From positions 2,914,001-2,978,000 of the forward strand of contig OY986948.1 in NCBI GenBank assembly GCA_963920595.1: a DNA stretch of 64,000 bases, written 5' to 3'. The DNA comes from Eimeria praecox (lineage: Eukaryota). Of the stretch, positions 1-11,948 are shown piece after piece. The notes under the pieces are model-generated. The model saw only the letters and a list, made by a program, of their open reading frames with translations, had not been told where the DNA came from and ran no database searches. The position numbers and the translations under genes are program-made. How positions within the stretch are numbered: position 1 is the first letter of the stretch; every line of letters starts with the position of its first letter.

Positions 1-534
1 GGACGCGCCGCCGCCGCAGTCAAGCTGACCGTTCACCTTCGGTTGGCACCCCGTAGTTGTTTGTTATTTTGCTGGGAGGTGGAACTTCCTTGCAGCTATC
101 TCGACAGCTGGACCTCGGCTAATTATTGTCTGTTCCAACTGAATTACGCTCAAAAGTTAATTACTTAGCACCAGTAGTACGTAGTGCAATAGCAAATGCA
201 TGCAGAGACGCTTAAGTTTGTGCAAAAGCTCAAAGGTTTCTAGGACGAAACAAAAAATTGTGCAGAGCCGAGCTCAACGCATTCCGCAGTAAGCTCAGCT
301 GCTTATAGCTTCATCGCTTAAGTTGGGACGAAACACTACAAAAAAATGCCCCAGCAACCTGCGTCAAATTCAATGGTAACCCGTCAAAGGTCACCACATC
401 AATTTCAAATGCGAATCGTCGGCATCCCCCTCATCTATTCTGAACGAGGGCCAAAAACAGTCATGCATAGTGATATTGAGAACAGGGTGACAGGTGCAAA
501 CAAAAAGAGACCAACGGGCGAGGTCCACCTTGTT

Positions 535-1350
535 CTAAACAAGCTTTTCACCAGCAGCAACCTCATCTGGGTGAGGAATTGGGTTGCCTGGTTGTTTGAC
601 GTCCAGCGGACTGGCCAACGTTGGTAAGGAGCTGGTTTGCTCAATGCCTGTCACCCCGGCCTCAACTTCCGGCGCACGAGACCTGGATACGCCTAGCCTC
701 GAAATTCCGCGCTCGCCAATACCCTTCAGCATCAGCGCAGCTGCTGCACCGGCTGCTGCAGCCCTTACCATGAGCTTCTTAAGACTAGAAGGAAGACCAC
801 TCTGGGACGCAGCAGCACATGGTTCCTTTGGAAGCTGAGGAATCTCGGTGTTTTCTTGAACGGTAGCCATTTGATCACCTAGAGTGTACTCGTCAGTGGC
901 ACTATCCGTAGCTGGGTCCACAGAATCAGAAGGACTGGGATTCGGATTTGCTGCTGGGAGGTCCGGGGCGGACGCCGAAATGGAAGCAGACTGCATTTGC
1001 GCCTGGTCCATTGGACTGGTCTCCTCAACTTCTGGCCTTGAAGAAGCTCCACGCAGGCCTGCGGAACCACGTTCTCGGAGCGATCTAAGAGCTGCACTGG
1101 CTGCTGTGCCCAGGGCTACAAGCTGTTGTAGCATCTGCCTCACTTTGTACCCCCATGGCGCAGGCCTCCCACGGCACGGCTCCTTAGGGAGCTGAGGCTC
1201 CTCGCCAACCTCCTCTTCCCCAGTCACTACGGGGTCTGAAACCATCACTTCCTCACCCGGTGGGAGTACCTTTTGCTCCTCACTCCCCCTCCCACCTGCA
1301 GGAGAACCAGACGGAGAACCGAGCGGGACGCCTCCCGTCTGCTGATCCAT
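535..1350 (-). CDS. Hypothetical low-complexity protein with an internal ~119-aa duplication (may be a first exon only)
   Basis: ORF from ATG 1350 (MDQQTGG...). Two related blocks, PQLPKEPC...ERG...PEVE, lie 357 nt apart. No recognisable domain. Confidence 0.55.
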   Translation of the reverse strand: MDQQTGGVPLGSPSGSPAGGRGSEEQKVLPPGEEVMVSDPVVTGEEEVGEEPQLPKEPCRGRPAPWGYKVRQMLQQLVALGTAASAALRSLRERGSAGLRGASSRPEVEETSPMDQAQMQSASISASAPDLPAANPNPSPSDSVDPATDSATDEYTLGDQMATVQENTEIPQLPKEPCAAASQSGLPSSLKKLMVRAAAAGAAAALMLKGIGERGISRLGVSRSRAPEVEAGVTGIEQTSSLPTLASPLDVKQPGNPIPHPDEVAAGEKLV

Positions 1351-2529
1351 TGCGATCAAGAAAAGTGGTTATTAGGGATGAAGCGTATTAAAAATAGTCA
1401 CTATAATGACACAAGTGTCTCAAACTTAAAAGAACAACTGAAGTGCAGTCGCATTATGTGTTGCTCGTGGGAGGGCGCCAACGCTCTCAGACAGGAAGCG
1501 GCGGAGAGTGCTCGATTCGCTTTCGAGACAGCGAGCGAGAGGCGGTCTTTACCACTGCGTGAAGAGCTCGACACAGTAGCAATAGGCAGAAATAATAAAT
1601 ATTAAATTCACCATAAATATGCGTAGGCGTTCCCTCTGCTTTTGCATAGTTAGTCTTACAATGCACAAGGATTCTCGTTGAGGGGCAGCGGTTCTTAACC
1701 TTGAAAGCTCTGGAATGCTTGCACTAACCGTATGATCGAGGGGAGCAGTAACTTCCTGAATAAGAAAGGTGGCAGTATTATTTAGGAACCACTAGGAACC
1801 ACCATGATGGCTACTACCATCAGTACCCTTTTTCGCTACTTACAGCTCTCGCCGCTCGCGTCAACTTGAAGCTAAGCTAAGCCCTTTGCTTTGTGGGCTT
1901 TGTTCCGCTGCAACTCTGCTTCAGCGTGTGCAGACTTCACAGAGTAGACCCATCTATTTCATGTTTCCGTAGTTTTTTTTAAGGTCTTTTAGTTGAGCTA
2001 ACTCGCTCTCCCACCTTCTCGCCACCAGTTCAGCAGTGCTTCGGTTTAATCCCGCGGGTGCTTGGCATATTTCTCTCCCGGCCTATCCGCTGATCAACGC
2101 TATCGGCCGTAGACCATCGTTTGCTGAAGGAGTCCAATTCATGTCTCGTTGACCCCAACCCACACTTCGCACTTGCAACACTGCTATTTCACCCTTTGTC
2201 TTCGTACGCTCTTTTCTCTCGTTTGCTTAGCGCTTTGTGCCCTGCGGGCTCCTGCTGGTAGTTATTCCATCATTCTCAGCCTGTTAACAAATGCTTGAAG
2301 CCCTGTAAGTTCTGCGGCTTAGCTCTGTCTGTAATTGGTCGGCGGTTGCCGTGCTGCCGTTGACTTCAAGCTCGCACGATAGAAAATCATTTTCATCGAT
2401 ATGCCACTACAGCAGGTCACGTAGCACATAGCTAAAAAAGGAATCCTCCTGTTAATGCAGCCACGAAGCACAGTGTGCTGAGATTTGCTTTCTAATAAAA
2501 GCAAGGTTCTGATAATTGTTAAGGCCTGT

Positions 2530-2725
2530 AGAGACCATCCGTGCCACTCTTTCTTCCAGCGGTAGCGAGGAGGGGTCGAGTAAAGAGTGTACTCCAAGAA
2601 TCTTCAGATATGTCAGTACAGCACCTCATTGTGCTCCGGGGATGCATCAACAGGAGCCTGGGAGCACAATCTTAGCCAACGGCTCCTCGCTGCCGCTGGA
2701 AGAAAGAGGAGCAGGGATGGTCTCT
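2530..2725. repeat. Inverted repeat, 43-bp arms (39/43 identical), 110-bp spacer
   Basis: 2530-2572 AGAGACCATCCGTGCCACTCTTTCTTCCAGCGGTAGCGAGGAG matches the reverse complement of 2683-2725. Confidence 0.9.
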
Positions 2726-3150
2726 CCATGCCCATACAAGTAGCAGTGCCTTGCTTTTATAAGAAAGCAGACCTCGAAACGCTTATCCATAGGCTACAGT
2801 TCTTGTAAAGTACAAAATTACCAGGAAATGGATCAACTGGCTCCAGATGCATCCCCCTCCGCTTTTGGCAAAGGACGCCGCCAGTCACTCTACCAGTTAC
2901 TCTAGGTTCGAAATTCCTCAGCTATCCATCTTCTAGTTCAACTATTGCAACCTGTTTGATCTACGTGCTCACTGCGCACAAACGCAGAAACGACCATGCA
3001 CCGGGAATCACTGGGACGTGCGATGGAGTTAAGATACCTCAAATGGAAGCTCCCCTCAAAGCCTTTGACGGCCCCTTCAACCCCCAGGCTTCCTGGTCGC
3101 AGCAGCGCAAAAGCTTGTGGCTGCTAATGACGAGAGGACTTAGTTTGCAG

Positions 3151-3294
3151 AAGGGGGCTTGGATACGCTGATACGCCTGGATACGCTTGCATGCTGCCTT
3201 GCAGCAGGGATTGCAGTAAGGAGTGCTCTAACTCATGGCAAACTGAGGCAGCATGCAAGCGTATCCAGGCGTATCAACGTATCCAAGCCCCCTT
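3151..3294. repeat. Inverted repeat, 49-bp arms (1 mismatch), 46-bp spacer
   Basis: 3151-3199 AAGGGGGCTTGGATACGCTGATACGCCTGGATACGCTTGCATGCTGCCT matches the reverse complement of 3246-3294. Confidence 0.95.
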
Positions 3295-3976
3295 TTGATG
3301 CATACACTAGGCCTATAGACAACTGTTTAGTAGTTCCATGGCCCTCAGTAGCCATTCTGCGCCCAAGTAGAAATGCGTGTACCACCTAGAGAGAGACCAT
3401 GCTACACACCAGCAGCTCATTCCCTGCTCACTTCCACCGGAGCACAAGTGGTTCTCATTCCGTGCTTCTCTGTTCATCTATGTTGACTCCTGAAATTCGT
3501 TCCCAGCTGCACTGCCTGCACGCTGCAGTGTTCCTAATCATTAGTATAGCCATTAGCTTTGAAACTGCTCAGCCCCGGCTAGGAACAAGTAATTTAAAGG
3601 TACGCACAGCAGCTGTTGTTTGCCTGGGGTAGCATTATTTTCTGTGATATTCGTTATGAATTAAAGAGCGAAGACTTTGCAAGCAACGATGGAGATCCAT
3701 CTGCTGCATCGGCAGCCGAAACAAGCAGGCAGACAGCCCTCTCATTGCAGCGGTCTCGCGCGACAACTCTTGGTTGCCGTCGGCCCCACACCTCAGAGCT
3801 CGATCATGATTATTAAGAAACAAATGCTTTTTTGCGTGTAGGAAACACTTAAAATTCCCTGACGTGAGCATAATATCGTCTCTCTACGGAGCCACTAAAG
3901 GCATTTCCACCCATCTGGCAATCGACTCTACAGATGCTCAGGCTTCGGTGCCGCCCCCCAACACCAGCGCCTTCTC

Positions 3977-5788
3977 TTGGGAGGCCTTCAGTGTCTCTGT
4001 ATGTATCATATTCAAAAATTTCAATGGCGGGCCCTGGGAGGAGCTGTAGTAGCAGCGGTCGTTGAGGGTCTTCACCGATTGCCGACGGCAGCAGCTGCTA
4101 GGAGTGTGGATGTGTCCTCGTCAGCATGCAATTCACTAAAGAAAAGCTGCTGGGCATCTCCGGTGATTTTATCTACTTCCATTGACAGACTAACGGCGCA
4201 CTCGCCCTCTGCCCGACGCAGCTTCGACAGCGTGGGGGGCCCTCCGCTACAGCTACAACAACGTAGGCATCTGGTCGGTCCTGAAAGCACTCGCAGCTGC
4301 CAGCGTGAAGATGAAACGGATGAGCCGAAGGAACACCAAGAATCAAGTGTTTCCGATCAAAATGGGGGAGAGGGTATGCCTCTCGATGCTCCGTCAGTGG
4401 CTCAACGAGTTCTAGAGGTAAGAAGGCAAAATTTTCCCGGTGCTTGTTATATGTGTGTGCATTTCGTTGGATCGTGTTTGCGTCCTGGTTGCTTTTGTTG
4501 CAATCGGTGCAGGCAGCACAGAACCCAACGGCGGTCTGTGGGAGCTCCTTCTGGGCATCGCAGCGAGACGAAGTGATGCGGAGCCTGAGGGAGGGAGAGT
4601 TGTCTCTATCAACGGCAGCACTTCTAATGGTTGCCTTCTCTAGAGCCGGAGAACTGACTGGGCCACTCGCGACAGCAGTGGCCGAGAGGTTGTGCACAGC
4701 TTTCAGAGCAGCGACTCGAGGAGGCGCCACCCGGCTCCTCTTGGAGGAGGGGGAACCCCCACTTGAAAGGGCTTTGACAATGAAGACGAGCGAAACCGAT
4801 TTCAGGGTTCACTTTTCTGACGGTGCAACGGTCCTGTTCGCTATGAAGGAAGGGGGTCTGCTCCAGGATCCCTGTGCCGGGGCTGCCGCTCGTGAGCTGC
4901 AGGAAGAGCTGCTACTTTGTGTGCAGCCCCAGTGGGGGTCCTTAACCTTCACGCAGCTGCGTCGTGTCTTTTTACTCTTGGGGGCGACTTCAGAGCCTTT
5001 GGGGCTTAGCATTACAGTAGCACTGGAGCTGCTGAATGCAGTAAAGAAACGCCTGAGGAAGATGCAAAAGATGACGCGGCGGCTCTTTGAGGGTGGCGAT
5101 GCGCGCGACACCGTTGCGTTGGTTTGGCCCCTAGCCTGTATCTCTGCAGCCTTCAAGATTCCAGCGCCGCAGATCAGCAGCAGCCCTAGCGCTGTTGTTG
5201 GTTCACTTCAATGCTGCAGCAACGAAGACACGGAACTACTGCGAAGAGACAGAGATATTGTGCTGCAGCTCCTTAAAGTTCAGGTTTATCGCGTGGTTTC
5301 CTCACGGCTGCCCTGTAGCCCTTTCGACCTTGCACTCGTCAGTTCCTTTCATACTTATTTCGCTCTTATTGCTGCTTTTATCGGTGCCTTGATTATTGCC
5401 ACCCTGTGTATCTGGCCAGTAGCACTTCATGAGTGATGGTGGGCGTGCATGCAAGCCCAATCTAGCACTCTCGGGATGTCTTTGCTTGCTTGCTCAGGGT
5501 TTTGCTGGCCTACAGCGGCTGGGACAGCAAAACTGTGCCGAATACGTTTTGGCCGCCTTTTCTGCAGCTGCAGCTGCGGCGAGCTGCGAGGAACTCTGCC
5601 GTCTAGGCCGGGACATCCTGTTGGCAGGGGCTCGGCAGAAGGCCCTGTGGGAAGCTTTCGCTGATGCAGTACAAGCTGCTGCTGAAGAGCGTTTGCAAAC
5701 GGCGCCAGACAAGCAGCGCAGTAGCACTTCTCATCAGATTGAAGCCGAGTTGTATCAATGGCTGCGATTTTGTGGCCGAACACTTTAA
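3977..5788 (+). CDS. Multi-exon hypothetical protein (5' end unresolved)
   Basis: Three ORFs join in frame through canonical introns: ...-4417 (GTAAGA donor), 4513-5283, 5498-5788 (TAA). Helical, Leu/Ala-rich; no family recognised. Confidence 0.55.
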
Positions 5789-7032
5789 GCATATCGCACC
5801 AGCATGAATTTCGTGCTCAACCTGTAAAGCGAGCGCTTAATTCTTCTGCGCACGCAAGTAGAGAACTTAATGGAAGCATGTGGTTGAAGGTAAGCCGCAA
5901 GAGAAACCACTATGAGGCGCTTGAACGGTTTAAGCTCGAGACTGCTGCGAGGGGGAGCCGTTCGTTTGGCTGCTTGCGGTGAACAAAATGCATTTTTATT
6001 TATGGGTGGGGGCAAAATTAGTGGTTTAGTCGCAGACAAGTACGCATCGTATTACCGGACTAGCTTCTCATGTTCAGTTGCTCCAGCATTGCTTTCCAGC
6101 CATGCACGTATATTACGAGCTGCCCTTAGCTTGCTTGGGACACAGGTTTGCATCGAGCCTCTCGGACTAATTAGCAGGGTGAACACTGAAAAGTTGTAAT
6201 GCGAGTTCCAGAAACCCACGCCATGCTTGGTGTACTTCGCTCTATGCATGAGGCTCGTAGGCCCTCTCCAATTGCAGGCGCAAGGCTAAGGAACGGGTAA
6301 TCTTCCGCCTCGCACCAGGCTCAGAGCGAGAAGCTCCTCAATTCAGATGTTCTAGCAGTGCTAAGGTGAAAAAGGAATATTCTCAATGAGCGTATGCGGC
6401 GAATGAATGTCCTCATTAGTAACTGGAGGGAGGGAGGCTAAAGATTAGGCTGTGGGCACAAGAATTTGCCGATAGTTCTACCCGGGTGTTACGTGGACGG
6501 TGCTCTCCAAAGAGGCTCAGCATGGCAAAAGTTTACAGGTTCGTTTTTGGCTGCCACGCTTCGAGAAGATGCATAAATTGCCGTCAAAAGTCATCAATGA
6601 AAGCATACAGCCGCTGGTGCAGGGATAAGTTGTGACCTTTATGGCTGCGCCATGGATTTTGACTTGTCTAGCCACTCTGACGCCTATCGTTTTTTGCGAT
6701 GCGCTGCACTACTGACAAGCCTTTACCAGTACGCATTGCTGCGGCGAATCACCGTTGCTCGAATCAAAGGGAGCTTGCCGAGTGTGGCCTGTTGACAGCG
6801 CCTACCTCCGCATTCAACACCCATTGGCAAATGCCCATTGACTTGAGGGCTCAAATTTTAACTGAGCGCGGAACAGTGAGCAGAGCGTGTGCTGGAACAG
6901 GGGGAGCTCGATTTAAGGTCCCGTTTGCTCTTTAGCACCTTTGGCAGCGACCATAAGTTAAGGCTTTTCAGGGACGTCGCAGTCTCGTTCTGAGGGCATA
7001 AACAGTCTACCAAAGTGGAAACATCACACCGA

Positions 7033-8933
7033 TTATGCGGTACAGGGAAGCCAACGTTGATGAGAGGGCAAGAATTCAGACCTGACCTGCACATCCTCAA
7101 GACGAGCAACCATGCAGTTCCAGGAGTCCTTGAGGTACGATATCAACCCAACGTTGCTGAGGATGCCGATGCTGTTGAGGCCAGTATTGGTACATGCTTG
7201 CAACTCTAGAATATCATGCAGCAGCGGACACAAACGTGGCAAACTCCAGCATTCGGCCCCCAAGGTACAACTAGAGCCCTCTAGGCCCAAAACAGATTCC
7301 TAAGCGGCTGCCATCGCATGTATTGGGCTGCTTTGGGTCCATTCCTCGTTAAAAGCAGCACATTCTTGGCTTACTCAGTAGGTTGACAGAGGAGCGGACC
7401 TTTCGAATTTCGCTGGACAGTTCGTTTAGTGCCTAATGAAGAAGAAAATCTCATACGATTGCCAGTAAATTGTGTACATGGTTCAACTGAATTCAGTGAA
7501 GCGAAAGCGCACGCCTGTTGTGCCTTAAAAGCTAGTATTTACCTTTTCGTAATCTTGCTGAAATGCGATGAATGCAAAATCTAAAGCGTCCCTCTGTACA
7601 ACCCTCACCAAATAAACGAAGCACTTTTTCAAGCGAAGGCGACGCAAACCGGCACGTGTAGCACACAACAGTAAAGGGACCCACAATGCGAAGAGTAGAA
7701 CCATTGGGGCTAACCTGCCAGCGAGGGAGTCTGGCATTTGACAATATACTGGTAAGTTCCTGAAATAATTCTCGTTGTCTGTGGATGTAATCACACGCCC
7801 CCTTCCATCCCCAAGTAATACAGCTGAGCGTTTCAGCTGCTTGCCAACGTGATCTTTTCGAACTGAACAGATTAGGGAGATGCTGGCCAGCTGCCTGTGA
7901 TTTGCGCACTGCTTAGTAAGACGCTGGTAGCTTTCTATCCACTTTGCTTTGTCTTCTGGCCCTCTTTTTAGTGAAAGATTACGGGGATTTGAAGTTGACG
8001 AGTTTCGCTTGATTTCTACTTTTACCACCACAAAGCAAACCGCACCGTCACACAAAGCACACGAGAAACAAACCCTACTATGGGCTTCCTCTTTGGTGTC
8101 GCAGTCTAGTTGCTCTACAGCATGGAAGCCGTTTTTGCTCTTGAAGGCCTAGAGAGCTCTTACTTACCTACTTCGCGTGGTGCCACCTGAACTTTCAATT
8201 CGTTCACTGCGCTTTGCTTGGCATATGAATTCGTACACGAACTTTGCGTTTGGTTTATTACTTCAGCTCGTATTGCACAGTTACTGCGGGAATCGGGAGT
8301 AACATCTTGAGGCAGCTGCTGGGATGCATAACCTTCATCAGAAAGCTGCCCCGCACCTTCAGCTGCTTTACCATCTTCATGCGGTAGTGCAACAAGGCTG
8401 CAGCTAGCTTCTCCCCAGTTTCTAGATGTGGTAGGCGGTTGCTGCGTGTCAGTAAATTGAGGCTCCTCCACTGAGGCTGCATTAAGTGTAGGTTCTTTAA
8501 ACACTTGCTCCTGAGGCACCCGTACGGGGATTGCATTATGAGGGGGCAGGCATCTCTCTAAAGAGGCCTCGCCCGCTGGATGGCTGCCATAAGCCTCAGG
8601 TTTGGGCGTTTGGCCATAAACCTGCCCTAAGCAGGCGCGTGTGATGGAAGCGACAAGGCGAGAAGCCGCCACCTCGATCTCTTGATTTCTGCGAACCCTC
8701 GACGACTGTTGAGGCCCACATGACCTACAGAGCCGCGCTGCTTCATTTCGAGCTACCAGCAACCGCTGCAAGCCCAAGGAAGCCCAGTGTTTTACATGGA
8801 CTCGGGAAGCTGCCGCAGCAGCTCCATGCAGATGCTCTCTGCCAGTACCAGCAATACATTTAGAGGTGCAAGGCCCTGGACAAGAAAGAGCAGTACACGG
8901 AGTACTTTGCCTCATGGCGATGCTGCCCTTCAC
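7033..8933 (-). CDS. Probable multi-exon hypothetical protein
   Basis: Successive same-strand ORFs 8160-8933, 7525-8055 and 7033-7290 end near donor-like sites (GTAGGTAAG, GTAAAT, GTCAGG). Both gene ends are uncertain. Confidence 0.4.
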
Positions 8934-10131
8934 AAATGCGATGTATAAAAGGCCGGCAAGAGCTGCGCTGACACACTAACCCTCGAAGGAGGTGGTGCTG
9001 TTGTCGTTGTTTATGGCCGTAAGCTTGGCTGTGCCATCAGTACTCCTATATCAGGCACACTGAACTGGGGAGGTATAAGTTCTCCTGTTCCACTTGTCGG
9101 CTAGCAAACCCTGGACTGTCAAGATCCCCAGGCTGCCAACTTTCAATAAAACGACCGGGTATTCATGGGGATCTCCCATGAACCAGGTGCATTTCAGAGC
9201 AATAAGCGCTTGCGAGTTTGCGATGTTGAGGAAAACGGAAAAGGCTGAGTACACTCTGCCAGTGGGGTAGATAAACGTCGTTACACGCAGAGAGCTCGTT
9301 CTAGATAGCTGTCTTGAAGACTAACAACTAATTCCTATACCTTTATCAGCTCTATTAGCACACTTCCCAGCCCAATCAGAGTTTTAGTTGGTGAGCTTGT
9401 CCATATTGCAGGGGAATGTAAATCTTACAGGCTACTCGTTTGCTGCCTTCTGGTTATGCTGCGAGTAAAGCGAGACTGTGAGTAGCACTTTAAGCTACGG
9501 ATGCTGCATTCTAAAAGCAGATGGCGATGCGTACATTATCAGTCAACGAAACATTTCCTGCTGGCTTGCTATTGTGAAGGCAGCCGTGAAACCGATGCTT
9601 GCAGACAGTCAAGCTGATACTAGGCGCGACGAACTTCCGTGTTCTCGGCTTCCAACTAATTCTGCTTGAAAAGTTTAATTTGCAGGGGTTGTAACGAACC
9701 GTAACGAAACGGTTTGTAGCCGACCCATTAATCATCGTAGTGCATGCGTTGCTGCACCGTCAGCCACAACTGCTCAGTGCTTCAGGCTGCATGTAATCCA
9801 AGACCAGGTTTCAACTTCTGCAGGTGGGCCATTGCGTAATGATGCCTTATTTTTTTCTACTTGTAGTGAAGCTTCATATTGGCGGCCATCATTTGCGCTC
9901 TTTGTGTTCCCCGGAACAAGACGGGGTGTGAGCGGCTGAAAGGCCGCAAGGGGCTCCCTTGGGAATCTTCTCAGCATTTCACCAACCGCGAGTCGCTCAA
10001 AGTATTTTCGAAAAAAATTGAATCTCAAGGACGGGAGGGAGTTGCGAAAGGGAGCACTTCAGCTTGCCGCGCCCTCGTGCTGGACCGTATCACGAAAACT
10101 TCTTGGATCGCATTTTCCCGTTGTTTGCACC

Positions 10132-11948
10132 ATGGCAAATCGCGGTTGTTCTCTCCTGGTGCGCAATTTGCGCTTCGAAACAACACCTGAAAAGGTTCGA
10201 GAAATCTTCGAAAGGATTGGACGTGTCAAGGATGTCTATCTGCCCATTGACCACACGACAAAGGAACCTCGGTACGCGTCCCCCAGTATTTCCCGTCTCC
10301 CAGTGCTGTATGAATCTTTATGGGGGTCAAGCATATCCCTGGTAATAACTGGCATGCTTGCCATTCAACTGTCCGAGGCCTTCGCACGTAGGCTTCTCAT
10401 GCATTCGGGATACCGCGTTTACGGCCGTCTTTCTTGACTGTGGGATACAGGGGCTTCGGTTTCGTTGAGTATTTCGAGGAGAAGGACGCTCAGAACGCTG
10501 TGCGCGAGTTCGACAGATTCTTACTTGATGGCAATGAGCTTTCAGTAATTATCGCACAAGACAGGAGAAAATCCGTAAGTCAGGAGTTTATTCTGGAGGG
10601 ACTTTCTGCTCCAGGCTTCCCATTGGCGGGATTGCTTTGTTATAGCTTATTTTCATACCTCCGACAAGAAGCTGATAGTCTCGTTCTTGCATTTTTGTGA
10701 TCCATGTGATTGCCGTGCAGCCCCACACTATGCGGAGGATATTGGCCGAGCGTCAGAACGGGTATGCCATTGTGTGGCTTTTTGCGGATGCTCCCTCTTG
10801 AATGTACCCGATGTGGTCCGCCTTGTTTTTATGCTCGTTGTATCTTTCTCCCTAAGCCTCATAGGAGAGCTTCATGTGTGGCGTATAATTGGTGCAGGAG
10901 GTACAATCGGGGTAGCCCTACAATGGGCCGTGGGGGCCCAGGGCGTGATGGGTATGGCGGAGGCCGCTATGAGGGCCGGTCTGGGCGCTACGATAGGGAC
11001 TATGGGAACTACGAAGGCAGCTATAAGGGGAACGGGGAGTCGTATGGCAGGCGGGGCCGCGATGGCTACGACGACGGCTACGGAGGGCATGATGATTATC
11101 GGCGAGACTATAGAGGCGGGGCGGAAGACGATAGGTACCCTCGTGGAGGACGCAGCAGAAGCAGATCGAGGCCGCATGATGGCTATCGCGGAGACCGCTA
11201 TCGCTACCCGCCAGGGTGAGCCAGCTAGCCAATCTTTGCATGCAGAAAACGAGTCTGTGAGAGAAGCAAATGATAAACATCACTAAAGGCCATCTAGTTT
11301 ACTCCAGAGACATGCCAGCCCTGAGGTGACACTCGAGTCATATCTGCTCAGTCAAGTGAAGTGGCGGCGTCAGCCCAGCACGCAATGAAAGGTGTAAGGG
11401 TAAAGCGCAAAGACAGCCCAAAGCGACCGCCGAGCCTTCGAAGAAATGAGGCATTTGAGGGGGACCCTCCAGAGGCTACAGAGTGGCACGCATGGGCCTA
11501 CAGAGAAGCAGCAACGAAGAGCAGTAATCGTTGGGGAGAGTCGTCTGCTGGGAATAAGCCAAAGTCAAACGCAAGGCACTCTCTGTGTTAAGGAGCACTG
11601 CAGTTGTCGGAAGCTCTCAAGGAGAGAAATAGATGCCATCGTAACCGTAAACTGGCAGAGTGTGGCGGTTAGATTGTTGATCTGCGTGGAAGACTCGCAG
11701 TGAAGGATGCGTTTGTGCCGATGATGATGGTCAGTGCATGCTTGTCATGGTATGTTGCCCCCTGGGCAAAGCGGCACTTGTGGTTGAATCTCGATTCTCA
11801 ACACAGGCTACACGGTAGAGAGAAACTCTTTCGGATGGCTCCCTCATGATGTTTGCTGCGACGCAGGGATAGTGGACGTCGTGGGCGCTATCACGACAGG
11901 GACCGGGACGATGACTACGAGGGGCGGGCTCGTTCAGGTTCACGTTAG
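10132..11948 (+). CDS. Serine/arginine-rich splicing factor, single RRM (SC35/SCL-like), ~234 aa, 5 exons
   Basis: Exons 10132-10271, 10451-10574, 10721-10761, 10898-11215, 11867-11948, all GT-AG and in frame. RNP2 LLVRNL, RNP1 RGFGFVEY, then DRRKSPHTMR and an RGG/RD/RS tail. Confidence 0.9.

Larger units (their letters stand above)
2300..3400 (-). mobile_element. Decayed Ty3/gypsy LTR-retrotransposon pol relic (RT C-terminus/RNase H)
   Basis: Minus-strand fragments read GGVLCQ (cf. IGAVLSQ), KARHCYLYG (cf. KWRHYLxG) and ALTIIRTL (cf. VxTDHxxL), with many stops and frameshifts. 3070-3373 is similar at DNA level to 17030-17250. Confidence 0.5.

Noticed and set aside
3151..3294. MITE interpretation of the 49-bp hairpin
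   Set aside because: No target-site duplication, and the end of the right arm continues into flanking sequence shared with the copy near 17155, which points to local inverted duplication.
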